Origin: Octopus sinensis
Taxonomy: Eukaryota
Reading direction: 5' to 3'
Length of the DNA stretch: 64,000 bases
Assembly: GCF_006345805.1 (NCBI RefSeq)
Contig: NC_043003.1
Coordinates: 24,800,001-24,864,000, forward strand
Part shown: one piece after another, positions 23,719 through 36,890 of the stretch
How positions within the stretch are numbered: the first letter of the stretch is position 1
Layout of the letters: each line of letters begins with the position of its first letter
The notes under the pieces: generated by a model
Told to the model about the DNA's origin: nothing
Databases searched by the model: none
The model's input: only the letters and a program-made list of their open reading frames with translations
Position numbers and translations under genes: made by a program

Positions 23719-26700
23719 CTGTACATTGTATAAAGAAAAGAGAAATATATGAATATATGTGTTAATGAGAAATTTACTTAATGGATAAATGTTATTTTAC
23801 ACACAAGCGTCTTTCTCTCTCCATATATATTATTTTACATCTAATACTCTGAGGTGCTGACAATATACACAATGTCTGCTTTTCATGCTGGCATGAGCTG
23901 AATGATTTGAACAGAGCTAGTAAACAGGAGAGCTGCACTAAGTTCCAATCTGATTTGGCTTGGTTTCTACGACTGGATATCCTTCCTAATGCCAACAGCT
24001 TTACAGAGTGTATGGATGCTTTTTATGTAGCACCGGCATGGGTGCTTTTACATGGTGCCAGCACGGGCACTACTATGTGGCACCGACACAGGTCCTTTTT
24101 ATGTGGCATTGGCAAAGAGTTCTTGCAGGTCAATCCTCTTCAGCAGGGGAAGCGGCATCGAACAAATATAAGGTTTTGAAAATTTTTATGTTATACTGTA
24201 CCTCCTCACCAAGTTCATTTTTCACAATCTGCTGTGCTGACATAGTTTGAGATTTTGCTATTGCTTCAGTTAACACCTGCAAAAAAAAAAACAAACAAAA
24301 AAACTATAAACAAGAGTGTAAATATAACATGTACATATAAGAATGCCCCCACATGCATGTGTGTGTACAAACATTGGCAGTTTCTCTTGTGGCTGTTTGT
24401 ATTGATTGATGAAGGACTGTGCCAAATGGCATGATGCTGTCAGGCAACAAACCCATGACGATTTTGAGAAACAAACATGAAATAATGATATCAATGACTA
24501 GGATTCTCTATTAAGAATGCTTAATTATAACCGTTGCAGCTTAGCCCAGAGTCAACCCTGACAGAGCAAATTTATGATCAAATGCATTCCAACCATGACC
24601 TTCTTTGTTTTTATAGTTTTTTGTGTAGGCATGATGTGTCAGTTTTTAAATGGTAGGGTATGTAGTTTGAGCGAAATTGGCTGTTGTTTCTAACAAATGA
24701 AGCAACCATGTGGCAGTTTGTGTCAAATGTAATAGTTACTATATTTAATGTTGGAACACCTGGTAACAATAGAAAATGAGCACCATCATCACCATCCACT
24801 TTCCTATGTATGTATAGATCAAAGTTTGTTCTGGCAGATTTTCTATGCCTGGATGCCATTGGTATCACCAGCCCTCACCTGTATCCAAGCAAGGTAATAT
24901 TTTTCCTGTGACTGGACATGTTTGTTCATATAAGAAAAGAAATGAACACCACTGCTTATGTACAATCATGTGTTGTCAAAACAAGAGTACATACAAAACA
25001 AGCTTCTTTCAGTTTCCAATGACCAAATCCACTCGCAAGGCTTTGGTCAGCCCAGAAGTAGAGAAGACAACACTCACCCAAGGTGTCATGCAATGGTACT
25101 GAACCCAAGATCATATGGTTAAGAACTGCCTTAACCACACTGCCATGTCTGCACCTATTACTCTGCAATATCTGTGTATAAAGTCTATTTTTCCATGCTA
25201 GCGTGGGTTGGACTGTTTAAAAGGAACCACCAAGCCAGAGAAGTGTGTTGAGCTCCAATGTCAGCTTTGGCATAGTTTGTATGTCTGAATATCCTTCTTA
25301 ACACTGACCACTTTACAAAGAGTACAAGGTGCACTGTTATCAAGTAACACACAAGGCAAGACCTTTTGACCGAGTGGGGTTATAGTATTGAGAGAGGTGG
25401 CTTTATGTCAGGTGTTACAGAGGGGCAGGAACAGGTGGTTTGCTTTCAAGGAGAGGCATGGCAATACAATGCATGTGTTTGTGTGTGATCAAAACTGCAA
25501 AACACAAATCTGTATCATATTAGAAAGAAATGAATCAATTTAAACTGCTTACCTCAGGTTGTACTTTTGAAAGAGTCCTCACAGTGCAACGGGATTTGTT
25601 CATATCAAAGATTATGCTGATGACACCTTTCACTTTGATAAGGAGACAGGTACATAATTCACGATCATGCTGTAAATTAGAAAACAAAAGCAGCTAGTCA
25701 ACTGAAATATCTTCACTTACATATTTAACCCTTCTGGGGTACCATGTAAAAAGCACCCAGAACACTCTGTAAAGTGGCTGGCACTAGGAAGGGCATCAAG
25801 CCATAGAAGCCAAGCCAAAACAGACTAGGGAGCCTAGTGAGGTCCCTGGCCTTGCCAACTCATGTCAAGCTGTCCAACCCATGCCAGCATGGAAAACACG
25901 TTAAATGTTGATGATGATGATACCCACCCAGTGGACAATGCCCGTGATATAAACTACACTTGCTGTTTTAACCCTTTTGATAACAACCCACCTGAGACCA
26001 CTCCTGGTTCTATGATACAAATTTTGTTTAAACCCTCATGATACCAATAAGCCTGACACTAATTCCAGGTCCTTTGATACAAACTTGCTGTTTTAAAGTG
26101 ACCTAAATTAAAATCTCATCAAGATTTCGTGTTAATTAATGTTCTCAACACCAGCTTAATAATGACAAAGATATTTTACAAAAATTCTTCACTATTTTCA
26201 AAATTAATTGAAATGGAGTCCACCAAGTTTCAGTCCTCAGCTCCATCCTCCAGCAATAACAGAGGAATTCAAGACAAGATGCCCCTGGGATGCACTTTTA
26301 GTTGCCAAACCTCAATTTGTTTCCATGTTAAGTAATAACCACCCAGACTATTCAGCAACAACCATCCTAGACATGTTTATACAGAGAACTGGAAACAAAT
26401 GATTCTGTATGAAATAGCGTTTTTGTTTACAAGGATCATACATGTTAAGACATGTCAAGAGTCCAGACATGGATTCATGGTGGACTGCAAACAAACAACA
26501 CCACTAACCACAATCAACAAACATGTGGAGATGAGGTTAAATATCAACTGGTTCGGCTGGGGCTACAGATGCAAGAAGTGGACATTAAAAACGATAATGA
26601 AGGTGATATAAATACTGACAGGTAATCATCAATCATAATCATTTAACATCTGTTTTCCATGTTGGCATGGGTTGGACAGTTGGACTGGCATGGTTTCTAC

Positions 26701-29700
26701 AGCTGGATGCCCTTCCTAACAACAACCACTCCAAGAGTGTAATGGATGCTTCTCACATGTCACTGGCACAGGTACCAGTTAGGTGACACTAGCGTCAGCC
26801 ACAACTATGCTTTTACTTGGCTTGATGAGTATTCTCAGGCATGGTGTATCGCCAAAGATCTTGGTCATGTGAGGCCTCATGTTCAAAAGGTTTTTATGTG
26901 CTACTGGCATCAGCCATGACTACAGTTTCACTTGGCTTGATGGATCTTCAAAAATATCTTTTTTTAATCATGAAACATGCTGAACATCAGCTTCCTCCAT
27001 GTGACCCTATCTCAGGGGAACCTGTGAGAGTTATAGGCAATCACTTTCACCCAACCAAATCCATAAAAAACTAAAAAAAACTCCTCGAACTTACCTTATC
27101 AAAAAGTCCTTTTAATTGGAACAGTATTGTTTTATATTTACCATTGTGACTACTAGAAGAATGATCAGGTTTGGATAGATTACTTCTTCTGAAAAATAAA
27201 ATTTACCAAAAATATTTAAGAATTTTCAAAGGATTTCAATTTTCTTTAATATTTGTTAGTTTGAAGATGATGAGCCAGTAAAAACGTTAGCACACTGCAC
27301 AAAATGCTTTGTTGCATTTCACTGAATTCAAATTTTGGCGAGGTGAATTTTGCCTTTCATGATATCAGCATTGATAAAATAAGTACCAGTTGAGCACTGG
27401 GATCGATATAATTGACTTACACCCTTCTGCAAACTTGCAAGGCCTTGTGCCAAAAATTGAAACCAATATTAGTTGGTTTAAATAAAAAATAATAAAATGT
27501 TCCTTTTCGAGAAATGCCAGGCTCATAAGGGCCGGTTTCCAGGTTTCAGTGGTGTAGAAATTCCCCACCTGGACAGAACGCCGGTCCGTCGCAGGATTAC
27601 TCATTTTTGCCAGCTGAGTGGACTGGAGCAACATGAAATGAAGTGTTTTGCTCAAGAACACAATGCATCGCCTGGTCCAGGAATCGAAACCACAACCTTA
27701 CGATCATGAGTTCAACATCCTAACCACTAAGCCACACGCCTCCACATATTAGTTAGTTTGACAAGCAAAAAACTGACAAAATCATTCAGCAAACTGGATA
27801 GAATCTAGCAGTATCAGTTCTAATTCTTAGTGCCCTAAATTCAAATCCCAGCGCAGTCATGTTTGCCTTTCATTATTCCAGAGTTGAGTGCACTGGTGTT
27901 GAGTCTCTTTTCTCTCTGTCTCTTTGAATTGGTTATGTTGCACTGCAAGAAAAATCATAGGAGAAACCTTCACAGTGTCCCTTCTTACTTAAGTGGAAAA
28001 GGTCTGAACAAGGAGATAGCAACCTCTTCATAGAATAACAAATAACCAACAGAAACCATCCAACGAGAGATGAATGTGAGACACAGCATGGAATAGTAAT
28101 AATGGTTTCTGATTTAGGCACGAAGACAGAAATTTCTGTGGGGAAGCGGGATAGTCAATATCATAATCAGTGTTAGACTGGTATTTTATTTTATCAACCC
28201 CAAAGGATAAAACACAAAGTAGTTCTCAGCAGGATTTGAACTCAGAATGTAAAGAGTTGGAAGAAATATAGCATGGAATTTTGTTTGATGCATTAACAAT
28301 GTTGATTTCAAATTTTGGCACAAGGCCAGCAATTCTGGGGGAGGGGTAAGTTGATTACATTGAGCTCAGTGCTCAACTGGTACATATTTTATTGACCTTG
28401 AAAGGATAAAAAGCAAAGTTGACCATGGCAGAATTTTAACTCAGAATGTGAAGACAGACAAAATACTGCCAAGCATTTTGTCCAGCGTGCAAACGATTCT
28501 GCCAGATTGCCAACTTTGATGCATTAACGATATTGCCAAGAAATAATAACAGTCAAAACAGGTATGATGCAGTCCACAAAGCTGCAAGATCTTGTCAAAC
28601 CATCCAACTCAGCCTGACATGGAAGATGCATGTTTAATGATGATGATAATGATGAGTGTGATGTTAGTTTGATGAAAAAAGTTACAGACCATATGCCTTA
28701 TTAATTATCATAATATATTGTAATCAAGTGGTGAAATATATACCCCACCATTTCCACATGAAAAAATAGCAATTATTTATGCACAGTAAATCTACTGAGC
28801 AGATAGCAGTTTATTTATCTATGGCTTAGTCATAAGAAGGGCAATACCCATTGACTTTTAGCAGGGTTTGTTTCAGATTAGTTTCAGACCACTGATTCCT
28901 TGGTCTGAATGCTTGTGAAAGAGGGAATTCTGCAAAAGATATCCAAGTGTCATGGTGTTAAACCAGCTGATAAAATAGAAGTACCAACCCCAAAACAGGT
29001 TGGCATGGCCCTTCTGAGTTTCCAGCTATTCAATTTCACTCACAAAGCTCAGCAGGAGTCAGATGATGATCAAGTTGCCATGCAGTGGAATCAAACGTTT
29101 AATCACATAATTTGGAACAAATAGAGTTAACATAAGGCTGAAGAAACTTTATTCTTCTTAGGATACCCTCCCTAATGCAGGAAGCACAATAAGATGTACC
29201 CAGTTTGCTCTATAAAAGGGTTATTGGTATTAAGGGCATTCATAAATTGAGTCCAAAAATAACATGATACATACACATATCTGGGTTCCAGATAGCAATT
29301 AACTATGCTAAGTGGCTAGACACTTCGAGGCAGGTCTGAACTGTACCAGTGAAGAAAAGCAGAGATTGATGGCAACTGAGGCTTTCTCACCAAATGTGAG
29401 AAAGCCTCAATCGAATGACAACATTGTTTTCTACTAAAATACATTATCATCATTTAACATCCATTTTCCATGCTGGCATGGGTTGCACGATTTGAGAGGA
29501 GTTATCCAGATTCCAGTCGTCTCTTGTGGCACAGTTTCTACAGCTGGATGTCCTTCCTAATGCCAACCAGTTTACAGAGTGTGTTGGGTGCCCTTTTATG
29601 GGTCACTGGTACAGGTGCATTTTATGTGGCATTGGCATCTCTAAAAGACAAGCCTGTATGTATGGATGGATGATAGCGATTTTACTTAGCTTGATGCGTC

Positions 29701-30608
29701 TTCTCAAGTACAACAAATCCCCATAACACTTTTGCCATTTTCTCAGTGAGGCCCAGCATCCGAAGAAGTTCCCTCATCACCATTTTGTCCCATGTCTATC
29801 CCTTCCACAGGTTTCTTTCACAATTACAGCTCAAATTTTGATCAACTCGATTGTACAGTCAGCTGTTAGATAAATGTTATGCTCTTCATGATAAAAGTAG
29901 GGAAAGTACAATTCCCAGCTATAATTAACCCTTTTGATACCAATCCACACGAGGGCACCACTTAGTTCTATGATATATCCTTCCTATTTTAAGATGGCTT
30001 CTATCATGGTAATTTATGTTGCAGACACCAGCTTAATAATGGCAATGTTATTTTACAAAATTCTTCAGTGTTTTCAAAATGAATTGAAACAAAAGCAGTG
30101 TATTTCAATTGAAGTATGCTGCCTTTGTTAGAATAGATTTTTAAAATAACAAAAAGTTGAATAGAAGAACTCATTAAAGTGGTGTTTAAAACAAATTAAC
30201 ATGAAATTTTGATGGATGGTTTTACTTCAAACAGAATACTTCTATCATGGAACCAAGAGCGATCTTAGGTGAGTTGGTATCAAAATAGTTAATATATATT
30301 GCAGAAATGACAAAATGTCACATGTATCAGGAACAGTTTTAGAAGTAGTAAAAATAAAAAAGAAAGGTATGTCATGAAAAATCAGACCACAGAAATCAAT
30401 TAACACTCAATACCTGTTAGTTTTAGGAGTTTGATAAATATTAGTTTTAGCAGGGTTGACAACGGGAGTGTTCTGTAGAGTTTCATATAGCTTCATAGCT
30501 TTATTACAAATATCTTCATTTGGAGATCTATATAAATATATATACAGAGAGAGAAAGATAAGACAAAATAAATTATATAATAAAACAAAGATAATGGTGA
30601 TAATGTTG

Positions 30609-30667
<59 letters not shown>

Positions 30668-32806
30668 AGGAGGTGCTGAAAAGTTCCTGGTTCCGGGTAA
30701 AAGAAAATACAGGAGGATCAGTTAATTATGATTTTATTCAATATATTTCCCTCTCAGATTCACACACTTATTGAGCAGACCTTCAGTTTTTCTAAGCCCT
30801 AAAAAAGTACTTGGAAGGATGGGCCTCTAACCAAGTCTTTCACAGTATTCTTAAAGCCAGCACCCCTCATATATATGGAATGGTGTTCAAAGCAGATAAA
30901 TCCTTTTGTATCCAAAGGGTCTTTTTAACTCAATATTTACACACTAATCTCAACAAACATATTTAAAAGCATGAAAAATAAGAAAAGCACCTGAAAGCCA
31001 ATAACGAAGCAGAAAGACATGTGAAAATATGTACAAACTATTTATTAAAACAGATATAAGCTAATAATTTTTTTAAATGCTTTTGCATGTTACATTGTTT
31101 ATTTGAGTAGGGTCACATGTCTTGGAACCAATTAAGATATTCCTATATACTGTCAATTTGCATGCTGGAAAATACGATAAATAAAAAGGGAGATGGGAAG
31201 GATTGATAGAAAACAAAAAACAACAACAAAAGGATGAAATATGAGAAATTGGTAAAGTGTGTAAAAGAATCTTACTGGAGGGCTTCTTCAAGTTGCATTT
31301 GAAGGTAATTATTCTCAGTGAGTTGGGTTCTACCTTCTGGACATTCCGACAACAGAAGAAAAATCTAGAAATGGAAGAGCAATAATGATATTAGAATTGA
31401 TAAAACATAATCATCATTAAACGTCCGTTGTCCATGCTGGCATGGGTTGGACGGTTTGACTGGGCTGGCACACTGGAAGGCTGCACCAGAATTCAGTCTG
31501 ATTTGGCACTGTTTTCTATGGCTGGATGCCCTTCCTAACACCAACCACTCCGAGTATGTAATGGGTTCTTTTATGTGCCACCGGCACAGGAGCCATTTGT
31601 GTGACACTGGTGTCTGCCATGACTGCGATTTTACTCAGCTTGATGAGTCTTCTTCTCAAGCACGAGATAATGCCAAAGGTCTTGGTCATTGTCTCCTTAA
31701 GGCCTAACACTCGAAATGAGCTTGGTCACTTTGACTCCATGAAGCCCAACGCTCGAAAGGAACTCAGCCACCTCAGCTCCATGAGGCTCAGTGAAGATAA
31801 TTAACTCAATGATGATGATGATGATTTTGTTATAGGACTTTAATAAGGTCCCAGATTCGGTACTTTGTGCAAGCATGTCTTAACCCAGCTATATCTGGTT
31901 CAAATATTTTACCTGTTTTATGTTCAAACTGGTCAAATCCCTCCTCTCACAACTACTCTACAATGTCATTCTAAAAATAAATAATCATATCTTTGAAATC
32001 TTGAAGCTATGAGAAAATGCATGATTAATTGAAAACAATATGAATAAATAAGCATTGCATATGACCCAAATGCTAAAGGATTAAGAGGCAAGTGTTTCTA
32101 TGTGGTTAAGAAATTTGTTTCCAAATACTGAGCCATTGTGGTCAAACCTCCAGGTCTAGAGAGTGGGATCAGATTGCATGGACTGGCTCTCACTTTCAAA
32201 TTACAAACATAAGCAAGAAGAAAAACCCTGCAGCATTAAAAAGCACTTGAGGATGTGTCACTCTTCTTCATAATATTTGGATATGTAGAACTGCCATCTT
32301 CATATTATCTAGATCATTATTTTTTAAAAGAATAGTTAAGTCTATCTGGTTTTTAAATGTATTTTATTTGAGAGCTATGTAGTTTCCCTCAACACCATCT
32401 ATCATTAATTTTTGTTCTGTTTATATACAAAATTTTGAAATATTTGCCATTAAAACCAGATACACACAGCACACTCATTTCTTTAGAACCAATGGTAGAA
32501 TCAACTACACTATTCTAATATATCTGAAAACTGAAAGATAGCTTTGATCCATAAAGCAAACCCAAACATAAATGGATCAAAAAGGATAGTGAAATTATAG
32601 GCTAGAGCCTATAAGCTAGAGCACAGTCAAGACTGCAACCACATATTTAAGTAGATCAAACGCCTGAAAAAAGTTTCACATTTTGACTCAATGTTATGAT
32701 ATGCTAAGCAGGAAATCCAGTTTGTTGACAGCATGCAGGCATATGAAGAAATCCTAGAAATGTTCAGTTATATACCAGGTAAACATCTCCACAATCACTT
32801 GAACAT

Positions 32807-32868
<62 letters not shown>

Positions 32869-35147
32869 AGAAAGGAGAAGGTAGACAGATGAAATCAACT
32901 GACCTCCAATGTTGATATTATCACAGTTTCTGATTCATTGCTAAGTAGAAGAACAAGTCCATCAATCAATGTTTTGTCCTATATAGAAATATAATGAAGA
33001 AAATAAGTTCTGGAAATGACATAAATGACAGATATAGAAAAAAGCAAAATTAACAAAACACAGTGCCACCAATCATCAACATCATGGGTTAACCCAAATT
33101 AAAGATATACCCAACTCAACGATATGGCATTCATAACCATTTGGCCCCTTATTTTTTAAAGGCATATCTACTTAGGACTATATTATCCAACGCAACCTCT
33201 ATTTTATTTTTTTTTTAAATTATAGGTGTTAATGTATTTATTTTGAGATGCTCAGTGTTTCTTTCAATTACTTTAAATATAACAAAGAATTTAGTAAAAT
33301 AACTTAGTTATCATTCAGCTAGTGTTAGGAACATAAATTTTGACTAAGGTTTGGTGGAAGATTTTAATTCAAAACTTATGTAAACAAGACATTTGTACCC
33401 AGAGCCAGAGCCGGTTTAAGCCAGGTTAGTAAGCAAAGGGTTAAGGAAAATTCAGCGATGGTTGAAGGACTACATAGAGGATCTTATTGGCTCATCAAAT
33501 GTAAAATAAATACAGTAGTTCATTTATTAAAATATCTCATCCTAACTCTTTAGTGACCAGATTATGTGCTGGTGGCATATAAAAAGCACCCAGTACACAC
33601 TGTTAAGTGGTTGGTGCTAAGGAAGGGCATCCATCCATAGAAACCACACCTCGACAGACAACTGTAGTCTGGACAGCTCCCTGTCAAACCAACCGACTCA
33701 TGCCAGCATGAAAGATGGACATTAAATGATGATGATGGTGCACTTCCTGTCACTAACCTTTACCTGTAGGGAACATTTTATTTTATATAGCATTGAAAGC
33801 ACAAAGCTAGCAGATAACTTGTTGACTGCTTGCAAAGATCTGTTGGGGCAAGTGAAATTGAACCAAATTTGATGACTGGCACCCATGCCAGTGGAGCGCT
33901 AACAGCTCCATCTGGACGGGATCACCGCCAGAACAGCTGTCTGGCTTCCGTGCCAGTGGCACATAAAAAGCACCATTTGAGTGTGATCATTACCAGCGTC
34001 GCCTTACTGGCACGTGAACAAAATATTTGAGCGAGGTCGTTGCCAGTGCCACTGGACTAACTCCTGTGCAGGTGGCACATAAAAAAACACCATTTCGAGC
34101 ATGGCCGTTGCCAGTACTGCCAGATTGACCCTCGTGCCGGTGGCATGTAAAAGCACCCACTACATTCTTGGAGTGGTTGGCGTTAGGAAGGGCATCTAGC
34201 TGTAGAAACTCTGCCAGATCAGATTGGAGCCTGGTACAGTCATCTGGTTCACCAGTCCTCAGTCAAATCGTCCAACCCATGCTAGCATGGAAAGTGGACG
34301 TTAAACAATGATGATGAAGAAGCAACAGAAACATACATGTATATAAGTATGTGTATGTGTCTTTTGTCTCAATATTACATGCTACTTGTGAAAATGTGTC
34401 CAGTCATTGTGCTGTTCACATTCAAAGTACTTGCTGGGAAAACAGGTGAGGATTGGTGACAGGAAGAACATCATCTAGCCATAGAAAATCTACCTCAACA
34501 AATTTTGTCTGACCCATGCAGACAAATGTATCTACTTCATTATGACAGTGGGGTTAAAACAAAAACAATAAAAAATAAAGAGGAGTCTATGCAGCTGCTT
34601 GACCTGCTAGAAATAGCAGTTAAATCTCTTGCAGAGCACATCTTAACAAAACAATGACGATGTGATAATGATGATGAACTACAACAAAATTTATTTTTAA
34701 GTTGCCTCCTTAAATCAGTCCTTTTCTTCAAAAACTTCATGCTTCTCTTTTACTATTTATTTATTAATTCATTTATTTTATAATCAGAATTTGTAAATAA
34801 TGGAGCTGATGGTTACAAGTTTGTTACAAGCCAATCACTGACTCATTGCAATTCTATAGACATGTGACAAAGGAGTGTTGCTCTCAATAGTACCTGCTTC
34901 ATTATGACAGTGGGGTTAAACAAAAACACAATAAAAAATAAAGAGGTGTCTATGCAGTTGCTTGACCTGCTAGAAATAGCAGTTAAATCTCTAGCAGAGC
35001 ACATCTTAACAAAAAAGGCGGAATAACTCATGAGATTGAAAAGGTAATTAAATAACAAAAGATAGACTGTACCTGAAGGAGCATACTTCTCTGTTTAGGG
35101 TCAACAGCAAATAATTTCAGAGAATCGAGAGAGTCGAGGGAGATCAT
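23533..35147 (-). CDS. ARMC1: Armadillo repeat-containing protein 1, spliced CDS of 825 nt (274 aa)
   Basis: Coding exons 35147-35073, 32978-32904, 31364-31276, 30527-30414, 27188-27095, 25669-25553, 24276-24202, 23718-23533 all have GT-AG boundaries and join in phase without stops. The translation is colinear with human ARMC1 as I recall it: DKTLIDGLVLLL ~ DQGCLPGLILFM; LIKVKGVISIIFDM ~ LLKIKGVISFTFQM; AQQIVKNELGEE ~ AQQVVKSESGEE; PDYLDDVESP ~ PDYLPEDESP; GSWLRTAANYFSNSFW* ~ ASWLSTAANFLSRSFYW*. Confidence 0.95.
24202..24276 (-). CDS. ARMC1: ARMC1 coding exon 7 (VLTEAIAKSQTMSAQQIVKNELGEE)
   Basis: ttttttttgcag|gtg ... gag|gtacag; 75 nt, phase 0-0. Confidence 0.94.
25553..25669 (-). CDS. ARMC1: ARMC1 coding exon 6 (HDRELCTCLLIKVKGVISIIFDMNKSRCTVRTLSKVQPE), HMA-like fold region
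   Basis: aatttacag|cat ... gag|gtaagc; 117 nt, phase 0-0. Confidence 0.94.
27095..27188 (-). CDS. ARMC1: ARMC1 coding exon 5 (RSNLSKPDHSSSSHNGKYKTILFQLKGLFDK)
   Basis: tttatttttcag|a ... aag|gtaagt; 94 nt, phase 2-0. Confidence 0.92.
30414..30527 (-). CDS. ARMC1: ARMC1 coding exon 4 (SPNEDICNKAMKLYETLQNTPVVNPAKTNIYQTPKTN)
   Basis: tttatatag|a ... ag|gtattg; 114 nt, phase 2-2. Confidence 0.87.
31276..31364 (-). CDS. ARMC1: ARMC1 coding exon 3 (IFLLLSECPEGRTQLTENNYLQMQLEEAL)
   Basis: ccatttctag|att ... ca|gtaaga; 89 nt, phase 0-2. Confidence 0.9.
32810..32870. repeat. (GA)n microsatellite in an ARMC1 intron
   Basis: Visible directly; ends about 35 nt from the donor of coding exon 2. Confidence 0.95.
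32904..32978 (-). CDS. ARMC1: ARMC1 coding exon 2 (DKTLIDGLVLLLSNESETVIISTLE)
   Basis: ttctatatag|gac ... gag|gtcagt; 75 nt, phase 0-0. Confidence 0.9.
34535..35013. repeat. Direct duplication of about 120 bp (34535-34651 and 34896-35013)
   Basis: cttcattatgacagtggggttaaa...gcagagcacatcttaacaaaa is present twice. Confidence 0.85.
35073..35147 (-). CDS. ARMC1: ARMC1 coding exon 1 (MISLDSLDSLKLFAVDPKQRSMLLQ)
   Basis: Acceptor tttcag gives exon start at 35160, then 13 nt of UTR, aaaATG, and donor cag|gtacag. Confidence 0.88.
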
Positions 35148-36510
35148 TTTTGAAGTTTTTCTGAAATGTATTGCAGAAAAGAACAATTATGTTTAAGGAT
35201 ACTTTTGATTTCACTATCATATAATAGATTTGAAGGTGAATACCAACGTATACAACAGCACTTCTTTTTTTTTTCACCCTTCTCAAGCCTATCCAGGCTC
35301 ATGGGCCTGGTTTCCCAGATTCTGTGTGTTCCTCCCAGCTGGACGGGATGCCAGTCCATCACAGCGTTACTCAAGAAACAGGAAGAGAGAGTGAGAGAAA
35401 GTTAGGGCGAAAGAGTACAACAGGGGTCACCACCACCCCCTGCTAGAGCCTTGTGGAGCTTTTAGGTGTTTTTGCTCAATAAACACACACAACGCCTGGT
35501 CTGGGAATCGAAACCGCGATCCTCCGACTGCAAGTCTGCTACCCTAACCACTGGGCCAATGCACCTCCACTACAATAGTACTAATAGTTAGTTAGCCCAC
35601 ATTACTCCATAAGGTGCATAGGGCTGCAACCATTTCATGCCAGTAAATGCTATCTCGGGTTAGCTCTTTGATTTCAGACCAAGAGAGATCAATTGCCATC
35701 ACTTCATCCTACATACATCCTTTCCAGGTCTTCTTAGCTTATCTAATTTTCCTCTTTCTTAGTAAACATGGAGATATTTTTGGTAATAAATTCAGTATCT
35801 GTTAAATTTATATATCTTATAAGAGCCTCTATCTGGTTAGAAAGCAGCTGCATTTTTGTACAATTATACTCCACCTTCTTACAAAAACCCATACACACTG
35901 GATAATGTAGTCCTATATACCCCTAAAACTTAATCTGTCACTCACTTGAACACCATCATCTGGTTCTTTGGGTGTATTTGACAGAGTCCACACTATTGCA
36001 AGGTTTCTGGTTATAGCATAACTTCCTCCTTTCCTCTCACCAGTCAAGACAAGAATAAATAAATATGTGTGCATGTGAAGGTGCATAGCTCAGTGGTTAT
36101 GTGTTGGGCTCACAATCATGTGATAGCAAGTTCGATTCCCAGACTGGGATGTGTTGTGTTCTTGAGCAAGACACTTTATTTCACACTGCTCCAGTTCACC
36201 CAGCTGTAGAAATGAGTTGCAATGTCGCTGGTGCCAAGCTGTATCAGCCTTTGCCCTCCCGTTGGGCAACATTGGTGGCATAGAGAGGGGAGATTGGTAT
36301 GCATGGGCGACTGTTGGTCTTCCATAAACTTTGGCTGGACCTGTACCTCAGAGGGTAACATTCTAGGTGCAATCCCATGGTCATTCATGACTGAAGGGGT
36401 GGGGATTACCTTTTTATATATATATTCTTTTACTTGCTTCCGTCATTTGACTGCTGCCATGCTGGAGCACTGCCTTTAATCGAACAAATCAACCCCAGGA
36501 CTTATTCTTT

Positions 36511-36890
36511 GGATTTAGTCATCTTTGGCCACATACAGCAAGGATGACATTCCAAAGGCAGGAGCAGTTTGAATGGGAAATGATACCCCAGCCACCATAC
36601 TCGCCAGACATTGCCCCATCTGATTATCATCTATTCCACAGTCTTCAAAATCATTTGGATGAAAAAAATATGAATTCTGTAGACGAGGTCAGAACAGTAC
36701 TAGGAGTATTTTTTGTTATGGACAAGTGAATTTTGGAAGAGGGGCCTTGCAAGTTTACCAGATAGCTGGAAGAGCATTGTAGAAAATGAAGGAGAGTACA
36801 TTTTAGATTAAAAAAGAACTTTGTTTATCTTAATTTTAGGACATAAATGAAGTATAAAAAAACTCGCATTATTTATGGGACGACTCAATA
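36511..36890 (+). mobile_element. Mariner transposon 3' fragment
   Basis: HPPYSPD-like PPYSPDIAPSDYHLFHSLQNHL (mariner YSPDLAPSD motif), followed by TIR-like cgcattatttatgggacgactcaata. Confidence 0.85.

Noticed and set aside
23526-23726. Listed ORF MYRFYCHAAV... as a gene
   Set aside because: It is an alternative frame over the ARMC1 last exon; the ARMC1-like frame starts at the acceptor at 23718.
28909-29124. 71-aa plus-strand ORF antisense in an ARMC1 intron
   Set aside because: No splice context or recognisable similarity; probably repeat-derived.
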